IMG/VR virus record: IMGVR_UViG_3300032272_000027
Coordinates: 1-43,452 of that record
Reading direction: 5' to 3' (one strand)
Source: a virus
Taxonomy: Duplodnaviria; Caudoviricetes
Length of the DNA stretch: 43,452 bases
A program made the translations under genes and the position numbers. Below the pieces are notes generated by a model. It made no database searches. It saw only the letters and a program-made list of their open reading frames with translations, and was not told the origin of the DNA. This document shows, piece after piece, positions 23,790 to 35,200 of the stretch (positions within the stretch are counted from its first letter, which is position 1; each line of letters opens with the position of its first letter).

Positions 23790-26216
23790 TTAAATACTGT
23801 ATTTCAAAGTGTCGGAGATCAAGTCTTCGATGTACTTGAGCGGCGGGGTGGTCTTCGGCTGCTTCTCCGGTGGCAGAGGTTTCTTCCCTCCAGCCTCGTC
23901 GATCTTTTGCCCCCAGTATTTAACCGTCTTAGCTTCTTCGTCTGCGAGGTATAGGGAGGTCTTGGACATGGGGGAACCGGGGTCTATGGAGGCTTGGCGT
24001 CGGTAGTCGAGCATTCTCGTTTCAGCATCGACGTACTGTTTGTTCTGGTAGCTGGGAAGCTCGCTCTCCTCAAGGGTAATCAGACCCAGGAATCTTTGAG
24101 TAGGCAGCCCGTCCCAGCCAAAGAAGTTCTCAGGAATGATCCTCTCTCGAACCTCCCAGGTGGGCTTCCCCCCGACGCTCTCGTTGCTCTTGATATAGAA
24201 CAGGTTCTCCTGGCCTACTGCTCTGCCGATCGTCCCTTTTCCTTCTTGAACCATATTTCCGAGAGGGCCTAGGTCGACATTCTTCAAAGAGATGCCATCG
24301 TGTCCCGATAGAATTGGCCCCCGTGGACCATCGAAGCCCTTCAGCATCTTCGCGTCTACGAGCTTCTTGGCGATAACGCTGTACACCTCAGTCTCCGGAT
24401 AGCTCGAGTACACACTTCCAGGCGTATCAAGGTTGACCATATCTTGGACCCCGAACCCATACGGGGGGATCTTCGAACGGGAAGAGACAGCGTGGATGGC
24501 GTCCGTGGTTGCGAACTGCTCGCTACCGATCTTGGAGATGCTGGCGTTATATGCCTCCATTGCGATCACCATAGTTTGTGATCCGATCTCCGGCTCGCCC
24601 AGAATCTCCTTGTCGAAGTGGTCAACCAGGGAGGTCTTCAAGGCGTCCAGAACCTTGCCCCTAGCCGCGCCCATAGACCCAACCGCCCTGGGTGCCGTGG
24701 CGTCGGTATTACCCCCGAAGATAGACTTGAGGTCCGAAGCCGTGAAGCTCTCCTTGAGACCCTTATAGACGGCCTCGGACGTTCTCTTCTCCTCGTTGTC
24801 TGGCCCTGAGAATGCCGCGAGGTACCTGGAGTGAATGTCACGAACCGCAGCCTTAGCGGTTGCGCGCTCCTCGTTGGTGCCCAGGTCAATCATTTTTGAA
24901 AGAGTAGTCATAGACCCCGGGGCAACCTTCCCCGTAGTCCGCGCAACGGAGTAGATACGTCCGATATACGAAGGCACATCCCCGTTGATCTGGCCAACCC
25001 AGGCGTCCATTGAAGCCATCACCCTTGGGGAGAACCCGCCCATGTACTTACCGCCGGACTCCAGGGCCAGGTTCAGCGTCTCGATGTTCTGCAATTCGCC
25101 GGTTGTGCGGGTTATGAAGTCCTTGGCCCTGCCGACAGCCTCGGAGATAGCTTTGGGGTCTCCACTTAGTCCGGAGAAACTTTGAGGGTCGGCTAGGATC
25201 TCTTGAACGATCCGGATGGAGTCTTTCTGTAGTGCAATAGCACCTTCTGGGTCAGACCTGAACTTCTCCTCGGGGATTCTGAACTTAGACAGTCCTTCCT
25301 CTGAGAACATATACTCGGATTCAGTCCTGCGCTGGAACTCACGCTTTCCCCTGGACGATTCCCAGCTCTTCTGGAACTTGTTCACCTCTTCGAGAGATAG
25401 TCCGCTCCCAGGCAAACCGTCACTGACGTAGCTCTCTGCGGCTTTCGGGTCTTGCTCCCAGGCTAGAGGTAGTGCCGTCTCAATAGCCAGTAGCACCTTC
25501 TCGTCCGCAAACCTCTCCTTGGCAACAGCATCCCCCGGGTGGCCGTTCATCACCATATTACGAATCTCGGGGATAGCGTTCACCAAGCCTAGCTTCGGGT
25601 CTTCTATTAACCCGGTGTCAATATCATCGACCAGGCTAATACGCTCGTCCGCCCTGGCACCCACGTCCTCGAGCATGGCGGCTTCCTGGAGCTTCGCCGC
25701 GTTCTCCTTGACCCGTACAAGGTAGTCGTTATGTACCTTCCCCAGCTTGTTACGGAGAGCGATCTGGTGCTTAGTAGGTAGGTCACTGTTCTCCTCGCCG
25801 ATCTGCCCGATGAATCCCTGACTGTTACCGTTCGCGTCGGATACAGCCTTGTTCACAAACTCGGGGTGGAGGATCTCCCCTAAGCTATACTCGGCAAACT
25901 GGTCCTCGATCGTCTCGTCAGTCGTGTTGAGGTCATAGCTATCCGTGGACCGGTCAACCCTCGCTCCGTTGTGTTGGTCGGTAACCTTGTCAATGGCCGC
26001 TTGGTCAGCTTTGTCCGCCTTCAGCTCAGCCAGGCGTTCCCGCTCCTTGGCGCTGACGATGGCTTTACCCGCACCCAGAACACTCCCCGTAATATCGGTG
26101 ATTGCCCGACCTAGAGCGTTGCCCGTACGCTCCATAGCATCCCCAACACCACCAGGTAGCTGAGTGACCGGGGGAGCCTGGTCGACCTTGTTGATTCTAG
26201 GGATACGGATAGGCAT
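23790..26216 (-). CDS. Internal virion (ejection) protein, gp15-like position
   Basis: 808 aa helical; MPIRIP start and GNALGRAI pattern; synteny. Confidence 0.7.
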   Translation of the reverse strand: MPIRIPRINKVDQAPPVTQLPGGVGDAMERTGNALGRAITDITGSVLGAGKAIVSAKERERLAELKADKADQAAIDKVTDQHNGARVDRSTDSYDLNTTDETIEDQFAEYSLGEILHPEFVNKAVSDANGNSQGFIGQIGEENSDLPTKHQIALRNKLGKVHNDYLVRVKENAAKLQEAAMLEDVGARADERISLVDDIDTGLIEDPKLGLVNAIPEIRNMVMNGHPGDAVAKERFADEKVLLAIETALPLAWEQDPKAAESYVSDGLPGSGLSLEEVNKFQKSWESSRGKREFQRRTESEYMFSEEGLSKFRIPEEKFRSDPEGAIALQKDSIRIVQEILADPQSFSGLSGDPKAISEAVGRAKDFITRTTGELQNIETLNLALESGGKYMGGFSPRVMASMDAWVGQINGDVPSYIGRIYSVARTTGKVAPGSMTTLSKMIDLGTNEERATAKAAVRDIHSRYLAAFSGPDNEEKRTSEAVYKGLKESFTASDLKSIFGGNTDATAPRAVGSMGAARGKVLDALKTSLVDHFDKEILGEPEIGSQTMVIAMEAYNASISKIGSEQFATTDAIHAVSSRSKIPPYGFGVQDMVNLDTPGSVYSSYPETEVYSVIAKKLVDAKMLKGFDGPRGPILSGHDGISLKNVDLGPLGNMVQEGKGTIGRAVGQENLFYIKSNESVGGKPTWEVRERIIPENFFGWDGLPTQRFLGLITLEESELPSYQNKQYVDAETRMLDYRRQASIDPGSPMSKTSLYLADEEAKTVKYWGQKIDEAGGKKPLPPEKQPKTTPPLKYIEDLISDTLKYSI

Positions 26217-26227
26217 AGGTGGTTACC

Positions 26228-26791
26228 TTATTGAATCGTTGTGAGAGCTTGGCTGCCGCCGGTAATCGGGGTTCCAGATGTCGCGGTAACGCCACCACCA
26301 GAGGTCGAACCAGGAGCAGCAGATTTTGGAGCAGATCCACCCAGTCCGCCACCGAATCCGGTAGTGACACCGCTAGAGACGGCTCCGGTGATGTCAGAGA
26401 CAAGTTGCATGCTCGCCTGCTTCCTTTCCTCGGCAGCTATTTGGCTTGCTGCTCGGAGTTCTTCTCGGCCCTGGGTCAATGCACTCTGAATAGTCAACTC
26501 TTGCTGTAGAATTGCCTCGAACATCGTTTCGCCCTGGATCTCAGATCCAGACCCTGACGACCCTTTGATGCCAGCCGCGGCGAACGCGGCAACCTGAGTG
26601 CTTCGAATACTCTCGGCTTTCCTGCCGGTGAGCTTCGCTTGCTCTCGAGATTTTTCCATCAACAAAAGTGCCTGACGACGCTTTCGCCGCTTCCTTCGGT
26701 TAGACCCCTTGATAGAACTCGAATACTTACCAATCGCGTGGACAATACCACCGACAACTAGAGCAACACCGAATATTGCCGCGATTACCAT
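26228..26791 (-). CDS. Internal virion (ejection) protein, gp14-like
   Basis: Hydrophobic N-terminus, STQVAAFAAAGIKGSSGS motif, Gly/Ser-rich C-terminus; directly after the nozzle. Confidence 0.75.
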   Translation of the reverse strand: MVIAAIFGVALVVGGIVHAIGKYSSSIKGSNRRKRRKRRQALLLMEKSREQAKLTGRKAESIRSTQVAAFAAAGIKGSSGSGSEIQGETMFEAILQQELTIQSALTQGREELRAASQIAAEERKQASMQLVSDITGAVSSGVTTGFGGGLGGSAPKSAAPGSTSGGGVTATSGTPITGGSQALTTIQ

Positions 26792-29238
26792 TAGCGCCCT
26801 CTCGTTCCAGATTCACCGACCACGGCAAGGATCTCGACGCCAAGCGGGTGGTTGCACTCGATTGGTATTGATGTCTTAACGTCAAAAGACCCGTGACCGA
26901 CCTCGTACCAACCTTCATTCCCGCGCATCTTCTCCTTGACCCGGAAGCCGCCAACCGTCAAGTCCCCGTTATACCCGGCAAGGTTCAAGAATACGTTAGC
27001 CACATTCTTCCCACGCCCCATCGTTGCGCCGATATTATCTTGATACTCTACCAATAGAGGATCAACACGCATGGAGACAGGGAGACCGACACAGACGGTA
27101 GAGGAGGGTGCGCTGCCGAGATCCAGAACACCGTTCCCCGGGACGACCGAAGATGTCCTACTGAGATTGGTTTTGTCATAGGTCGTCACCGTCTGCCCTG
27201 CAAGGTGTTGAAGGTTGACGGAGCTTGAAGCCGTCTCTACCCATGAGTCTAGTTTCATTTCAGTCGTGTATCGCTCGACAGACCAGCCATCCGCGCGCTG
27301 GACACAGACCCAGCAATCATCATTGTCTTCACCAGGCATGGACGCGACCGACGAAGCTAGAATCCCAGTCCAGTTCGACCAAGCAAAGTGGTTGGAATTC
27401 CTTCGAATAGTACAGCCCCACACCGATCCATCTTCGAGTAGGGTCACGAGTGTTGAATCCGGCTCTCTCACCCAGGCCATCTCTTTGATTCTGGATGAAC
27501 TGAATGGGTCAGCGTGGGCCGCAACGTCTAGGAAGCCTTCAACGTCACGGAAGAATCTCATGTCGTAGAGGCTTGTCCCAGCGTATTGGGCAAACAGTAG
27601 CCCCGTCTCAGCCGATGTCGGTTGCACTGGCCTTGACCCGTAACTACTCATTTTCTGTACACCAACAGTGCTAGGTGTCAATGGCAGACCTGTTACGGAG
27701 TATTCAGCCTCGTCCGTCCCAACTGCCAGGATCTGGCTACCGCGCTCGGACACGTCAGACGCTGATTCGATCCAGCGGATTTTGTCTACATCGTTACCCG
27801 TGAACTCGTAAGCAACAGCGTCATTATCGGCTGGCCCAAGGGTGAAGTCGCGATACTTACCAGTGACAGAGCCCCACACCGTTCTTTGGATATCTCGAAT
27901 CCCACCAAGCCAGAGCCGATCTTGATGTATCCCGCAGGTGGTCGGGTAACCGGTAGCGTCCGACCATGAAAGCCCCCAGGTGCTGTCAGAGTGCCTGGCC
28001 AACAGGGGGTCCGTTACAGTTGCCGTCACCTCGTGTTCACTGACAAAACCGGTAACCTCGACAACGCCACCATTTAAAGTCAGAGACAATCCAACAAAGT
28101 CAGCGTTAAACACAGGCTTGTTGGAGTAGACAGATATATTACCGGTTGAGTCGCTAGGCTGTAGCGCCCGATTGTCTGTGTCCCGCTCCTGTGGGTCGTA
28201 AAACCTAGCACCGACAAAGGGGCTTCCAACAGTTCCAGGAAAAGAGCTGCCACCTTCGACCCTAACCGCGTAACCAGCAGCCCCAGCACCAGACTCGCGC
28301 ACGTCGAATAGGTAGAATACTCTTCGGCCATCGCCGTTGAGGTCTATCAAAGACCCCATCCATTCGGGCTTGAAGTAACCGGGGACAGGGTTGTCATCAT
28401 CGTCTATTGCACGGATGGTCTCCACTTCTCCAGGCTCGAACGAATTATCGTTGATAAACCTCAAGGTCTCTATATTCTGACGGCGTACAAACGGACCCTG
28501 CCAGTTAGAGGTCGCAACAGTGTGCCTCGGGGTAACGTCAAGCCGATCGCTTTGGACCTGCTCGGAGTTCGTGAACTCAATGATCTTCGACCAGCCGCCG
28601 AAGTAGTCTTCCCTGGCTACCTCTATTTCGTTGTAACCGTCACTACCGATTCTGAAGTATGACTGAACATCATCCTGAGAGAAGTATGGGACTTCCTCAA
28701 ACTGAGCACCCGTGTAGATAGCGTAATCTAGATCGAACGCCTCAAACTCGGTGCGAAGTAGAATGTCTTTGAACTCAGTGTTAAGTGCTGGGCCGGGACC
28801 AAGCGACTCCAGCGTCCAGGTAGAGCCCACGAGTGTCAACACCTGCGGTTCCACGTCACCTTGGGTCAGGAACAGCAGATCATCACTTGACTTGTAATGG
28901 ATCTCCAGCGCCTGACTAATAGTCCACGGTGCCGACATTGTTGATCCGGGCTCAACCTCGAGCGTCGTCGAATTCCAAGCCCTGAGTCCACCGTCTGTGA
29001 TCTCAATTATGTAGCTGCCACTATTCTTAGTTCTGTAAGGGATGAGCCTGGCTCTCTCACCCCCATACGTCATCCCAAGCCTCTGAAGTCCACCCCTAGT
29101 CTTACAGGAAGAGGTCTTCGTGGCTACGGCATTCTGGAACACCTTGCTCCCCTCGCGGTACCTCTCGGTATCCGCTCTAGCCAGCATGCTAGGGCTTAGA
29201 TATCCCCCTCCAAAGGTGTTTTGCAGTAAGTACGGCAA
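26791..29238 (-). CDS. Tail tubular protein B / nozzle (T7 gp12, P22 gp10-like)
   Basis: QNTFGGGYLSP, RLIPY, WSDATGYPTT...HQDRLWLGG, VWGSVTGKYRDF, SSYGS, FAWS. Confidence 0.9.
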   Translation of the reverse strand: MPYLLQNTFGGGYLSPSMLARADTERYREGSKVFQNAVATKTSSCKTRGGLQRLGMTYGGERARLIPYRTKNSGSYIIEITDGGLRAWNSTTLEVEPGSTMSAPWTISQALEIHYKSSDDLLFLTQGDVEPQVLTLVGSTWTLESLGPGPALNTEFKDILLRTEFEAFDLDYAIYTGAQFEEVPYFSQDDVQSYFRIGSDGYNEIEVAREDYFGGWSKIIEFTNSEQVQSDRLDVTPRHTVATSNWQGPFVRRQNIETLRFINDNSFEPGEVETIRAIDDDDNPVPGYFKPEWMGSLIDLNGDGRRVFYLFDVRESGAGAAGYAVRVEGGSSFPGTVGSPFVGARFYDPQERDTDNRALQPSDSTGNISVYSNKPVFNADFVGLSLTLNGGVVEVTGFVSEHEVTATVTDPLLARHSDSTWGLSWSDATGYPTTCGIHQDRLWLGGIRDIQRTVWGSVTGKYRDFTLGPADNDAVAYEFTGNDVDKIRWIESASDVSERGSQILAVGTDEAEYSVTGLPLTPSTVGVQKMSSYGSRPVQPTSAETGLLFAQYAGTSLYDMRFFRDVEGFLDVAAHADPFSSSRIKEMAWVREPDSTLVTLLEDGSVWGCTIRRNSNHFAWSNWTGILASSVASMPGEDNDDCWVCVQRADGWSVERYTTEMKLDSWVETASSSVNLQHLAGQTVTTYDKTNLSRTSSVVPGNGVLDLGSAPSSTVCVGLPVSMRVDPLLVEYQDNIGATMGRGKNVANVFLNLAGYNGDLTVGGFRVKEKMRGNEGWYEVGHGSFDVKTSIPIECNHPLGVEILAVVGESGTRGR

Positions 29239-29240
29239 CC

Positions 29241-32200
29241 CTAGTTCCTTGCGTCCAAGAGTGACGTGTCGCCGAACGATTGTGGGTATTGCTCCATTGC
29301 GTCGATCGATCTGGCTGACCGGACCTCGGCCTCGTAAAGCTCTTTGATCTGGTCAATTTCACCAACGGATCTGCCGAAGCGTCTCGCTAACTGGAGTGCC
29401 ATTGCGTACCCAAGGGCCTTTTGAGCGGAACTATCCAACTGGCTAACGTTGGTAACATCTGTGATATATACACAGTAGACCTCAGCTTCGTCAGTGTAGA
29501 GCACACGGATTCTACCGTCAGCGTCTAGCTCAATTTCCCACTTGTCAGTGCCGGGCTTACACTCCTCTTCATTGACCCCGAGAATGCGAACCCAGCAACT
29601 AGGCAATTCGTAAGCGTAGCTCCACCTTTTAGAGTGGTCAGCGCCACCCTCGATCTGTGTAAGTTGCTCGGTCCTTTTCGCACCGTTCCACCCGGTCTCT
29701 CTCAGGAAGTCCCGGCGCACAACGGGCCACACAGCGCGGCAAAGATCAGCCTCTGGCGAAACCTCATCGTCGCTAGCGATCAAGGCTTGCCCAAGCTCAA
29801 CAAGGCCAATATTCCAGATATCCGAGACGCATACGATATTGCACCGGTCGTCGATCGTCCCGCAATCCTCAAGCGTACCCACGGTAGCGGAAGAGTTGGT
29901 CATAGACGGGCTATCTACATCAATGTCCTGCCCGATCGGGACAACCGTCGCCGAACTCGCGGAGCCTGAAACGCTAACGTTCTGGTTAGGAAGGATCAGC
30001 GGGAAATAGGCAAGCGTAAACGACACTGCCGCAGCGGACCCTGTAGAAGATCCCGAAGCTCCAGAACCTCCAGCCCCAGATGATCCACCAATGCTTAACA
30101 TGAACGGCGCGGCGTAGGCCGAAACAGTAGCAACCGAGTCCGAGAAACTCCGAGAACTCGGAACCGGGAAGAGCGGGGTGTCTGGGCCGCCCGTGTAGAC
30201 AACTTGGGCTTCGCTGCTCGTCACACTACGCGACTGGCTGCTCATGTTGTCAAACAGGTAGCCGTCATAGGTGTAGAACATATTGGTAACAAACCCGGAA
30301 GTGGTGCTGCCGCTCTGGAACGAGAAGCCCCCACCGCTCGGGTACAACGATTGGATGTAAGCTACGTTGGCCGGATCGATTGCAACCTCGTCATACATCC
30401 AGCGGTTAACGTACCCCTGCCATGTTGCGTCACCCACTTTATCGAGGATACCGAGGACTTTACCCATGAGGTAGAACCCACCCATCCAGGTGTGCCCGTT
30501 GATCCTACGGTAAGCCTCTTTTTGGTAGCCAGTCTGGCTAGTCCCAGCGGCTTGCAACTTATTCCACTCGGTCGGATGCAGGTGTTCGTGCTCCTGGGTG
30601 CTGCCAACGTCGGCGCGGAAGTAATACGGACTTCCCGTCCAGGTCTGACCAACAGGGACGACAAAGCATGCTGGGGTAGCTGACTGGGTAGCCACTCCAC
30701 CGTAAGTCCCGCATGTACTAGGAATGGTGCTGGTGATCTGGTCCGAGGTGTAAGTAAACCTCGTGTGGCGGGCGTACCCATAGTTGAAATCAAGTATCGA
30801 CGAGTCCTCGAGCATGTACCCGGCAAACTTGACGACCCCGTGGTGGTAAGCCCTATCGGTCGCAAACGTGATCGGACCTCCAGACTCACCGGTTAGAGAG
30901 TCTTTGGCGGCATGGTAAAGGTCCAAGCCAATCTGTACGAGACCGTGGACCATATCTTCCTTATCGGAAGCGGTACCGCCAAGTGACGTTGGATCGCAAA
31001 GCGCCATTGTTAGGCATTCATCTAGGCACTCATACACCTGCTCGTGATAAGCTGGCATGTTATCCGTGGGATGGTGGTACCTTGCAATCGCGTCCCGGAG
31101 GTGTTGGATCCAGGGCTGGGTTACGAAAGTTGCATATCTAGCAATCAGGTTAGATACGCCCCCTCCGTCAGACTTAACGTTCGTATTGTTAGGTGTAAGG
31201 TTCGGCAGTCGGTTCATGTCGATAGAACTGGCGCTATACGTCGTCTTGGCTGAACCTGAAGTACCGATAAACGTAGGCCGGTAAGTCTCAGCACTGACAA
31301 AAATGTCATAGCCGTAAGGGAGAACTGTGAGAACCTGGGCCTTCTTTAGCGGGGCATTGTTGTCTTGCCCGAAGTACGCTTCTGACCACGGGGCGCTAGT
31401 GGTTTGGCTCTGCGTGGACACCAGGGAGTCCCACGGGCTAAGAACCGCCGGGTAGCTCAGCGCCGCGCCACTGTTATACGTCGGGGTACGGTTGTCATAA
31501 CCACAGATGTTATCCCCGCCGCTCGGGTTTTTCATCGTCCCGTTACGTCCAGTTGTCGGTGTCGGGGTCACGGATGTTACTGTGATCGTTCCGTTGTCTG
31601 TTGTGTCAGACTTTTCCGGGAAGACACCCCAATCTCCATTCTTGAACTGCATGACGCGGTATGCCTGGTCGAAGTCCCAGCGGATCCCCTCCTTCTCGAC
31701 AAAGTCTTGGTAGGTTCCGAGAGTCGGCTCACTCACGATCGTCATAGTTACCGGGGCAGATTCAACCCCATCATATGTTGCAGTCACAACAGTAGTGCCA
31801 GGGCTGCCGGTATCTATGGCGGTGAACACTGCCGGGCTCTGTCCGCTAGTGATCGTCATTAGCGAACCGGCCGTCTGCGAGAACGTAGCTTGGGAGGTGA
31901 CATCCACGGTGCCCGACTGAGGAGTCGTCGCGGTCACCGTCACGTTGACGCTCTCAAGGCTGGGGGAATACTGCAACAGCGTGTCTGATACGTTGATCTC
32001 TACAACCAAAGAGTTCGGAAGCGGGACAGGGACACCATTGACCGAGAAATCCGCCCACGCTTTAACCCCAGGGTCTCCAGACCATACACCGATCTTGCCT
32101 ACCGTGTAGCGAGAGCTAGTGGGGTCATACACATCAGCTTGCCAAGCTGCGGGCTCGGTAGATCCAACCTCCCACACCTTCGCACGGATTCTAGTGGCAG

Positions 32201-35200
32201 CCGAACCACTAACTGGCTCAGTAGTGTCCTCGACGTAGACCCGAAACTCATACCACTGGCCAATGGTAGGGACTACACCGGTATCCCGGTTCCCAACCGC
32301 TCCGACAAACGGGCCTGTTCCGCCGCCACCGAACGTAGACCACTTTGAAATCGTGAACGCTTGGCCTCCTGGGTTCTCGGTGCGCCGCAAACGATAATAT
32401 TTACCAGCGCCGCCAAACCCGAATTGACTCAGGAACGTTACGCCAGAGCCGCCAATTTCGGAGCCTTCATCACCAGCCTGCGGCAAGATTTTCCCGCGGT
32501 AGTCAACATCCGCCGACGTGGTGTCCCATGAACCTGTAAGGCTAGTAGACCCGAGGAAATGGGAATGAATGTTTGCCGTTGGGTCGGTTGTCTTGAGGGC
32601 TAGATACCCGTCAACGTCTTCCACCGTGAAAAGATCGTCGTCTTCCTCGAAGTAACTCGTCCCAGTAGTATCAGACCACACGCCAGTCTCCGTACTTACA
32701 TCCCAGGTTACGTTAGCGAGTGAATTAGACGACGTAGAAGAAGAGTTAGAAAGAAGGTCCGTGTCTAGGGCAAAGCCGCTTACGTCACAGGTGGATACCG
32801 AAACGCTACTCGACTCGCCTCCGCCAGTAACCGTAAAGAAGTTATTTTCTACGACGACGTTGGACGGCAACGAGATATTCTCGTCATTGGTGGAGCCGCC
32901 CCAGATATGAGGAGACTTGACTGGCGTGTTCATCCAATCCCAAGCCCACGGACCCTCCCAGGAATCCGAAGTCAGGGTACCTGTGAACTCACAGTTAACG
33001 CCAGGGTCGGAAATACTCTGAGTCACCGCGTAGATCATCGGCTGGAATATAGTGACGTATAGCCGGTATCTCCCGTCCGGGTCTTGAGCAACGTGGTGCG
33101 GAGTGATCGACCCACCATTGAGCGGGGACACCGTCTTACCCGACCCGCCCCCGCTACTGATACCGACCACTTGGTGATAAAGCTCAAGCTCAGTACCGCT
33201 AGCTGGAACGCTTCTGATTCTAGAAATACCATAGTCATTCAAGTCGCTAACGCTGTTGCGAATGACAACGGTCTGGTCTACCTCGAAGGGTACGGTGTCA
33301 CTCAACCCACCAATGGTAGACCCAGAAACAATGCTATAGCTACGGGCCGACCCAGCGCCAGGCGACACCACTGGGAAGGAACTCGGAGTCCAGATAACAC
33401 CGTCAGAACTGGTCGCGAACCCGACAGACCAACCGACCGGGTTCTGGAATGCTCCGAGTCGCCTCGAGTATCCCGAGAAATACATCTGCCACTCGGACCC
33501 ACTCCAACGGACAACAGGATCAGCGGATCCGTGGTTCCTAAAGTTGGTTGGGTCGCTAGTCTCACCGAGGCAAGAACCGTCAGGTCCGGAACCGGGCAGT
33601 TTGGTCCACAGCGGCGTACTATTGTTGCTGCCCCACGGGCTAGACCCGCCGAAACAGAAGATCCTATGAACGTCCGTACTATTGCCGTCAATTACAATCG
33701 TACGCTTGCCGGTTAGATAGAGCTTGTACGGGTAACTTGTGTCCCGCTTATCGCGAACCATCCACATCTGCGAAACAAGCTCATACGTCGACCCCACACC
33801 AGACAGAGAGGTAATCGGGAATACTGGGTTTGGCGGGGCATTTGGGTTGTCCTGCCACGGAAGCCCCTGGCTTGCCCGCCACTTCATGCCAATATCGCCG
33901 TCAGACCAAAAACTAGAGTCGGTGTTGAACCCCTCGTAGAATAAGTATTGGGCTCCGTCGTCGTCCTCGAAGATATGCTTCTTGCGGTAACCCTTGTCGT
34001 CCCATGCACCAGGGGTGGGGGTCAAGACTTCGGTATCACCGCGGTCTTTGGGTTGAATGACTCCACCATACGAGACTCCCTCGCGGAGTTGGTAAATCTC
34101 ACTACCAGAAACATTGAGGGCGTCACTCTGGTTGGTGATCGCATAGCCAGATATTTCCCTGGAGTTGAGAACGACCCGCGCAACCTCCCAAGATCCACTA
34201 TAAGCATCCGTATATCGGTCACCTATAGTCATGAACAGGCTGTCCGTAGACCCAACGTCTCCGAAGTCAATCCAGTCAGACATTGCGACCATCCGCAACC
34301 CCTGATCCTTGTCCGAGTAACTAGATCCTACAGCGTTAATACCAGAGAATCGGACACGGCTAGTATTGAACTCGACCCTGATCTCGTACCAATCGCCAGC
34401 CGAACCAGTTCTGATAGGCCCCTGGGCTCCAGTCTGCAATGCGGTCCAGGACGAACCATTCCAATAAAGCGGCGATCCTCCAGGGGTGTAGTATTTGTAT
34501 TCAAAGCCAGACGGGCTGATACCAACAGAGAACCGTCGCTCGCCAGAAATGGAAGCCGACACATCAGCCGTTGGTGTGCTAGCTGTATCCCAAAAGGTAA
34601 TCAAGTCTGGGTGGCTGTTGTTCGTTAGCGACCTAAGCAGGATCGACCAACATTGCTCACGGCCCGTATCGATTGGCGAGTTAAAGTGAACCAGTGCGGC
34701 GTCACCGATATCTGGCGACGACAAGAGGAAGCCGCCATTTGACAGGTTCTCGGTCAGCGCCCCATTCCCGGACACGGACGAACCAAAGTTATCACCAAGC
34801 GAATCAGTGAAGTCCTCGACGAACGACACGTTGTAGGTGACAACACAAGAGCTAGAGCTAACCGCGGCACTAGATAGAGACTCAAGGGCACCGTAAAAGG
34901 TCTGAACGTCGCACGTCGAGCCGAACACGCTCCGGCTTATCCCGATAACACTGTTACCGATCGTTACCGAAGAGGCGGATATCGTCGGCGAGTCAGTAGT
35001 TCCGATTGAGGCGTAAACAAGCTCGCCGTTGACATCGCAACTCGCACCGGAAACGGTCGGGCTCGAGACAGAACCTAGCGAGGTAGTCGTATCGACGAAC
35101 TCAATAGCCCAGCCGATCCACTGCTTGGCCGCTCCGTCCACAGCGGAGTAGTTGATCTCTACGCCTAGGCCGTCCTCGATGATCCCGCCAGAAGCATTAG

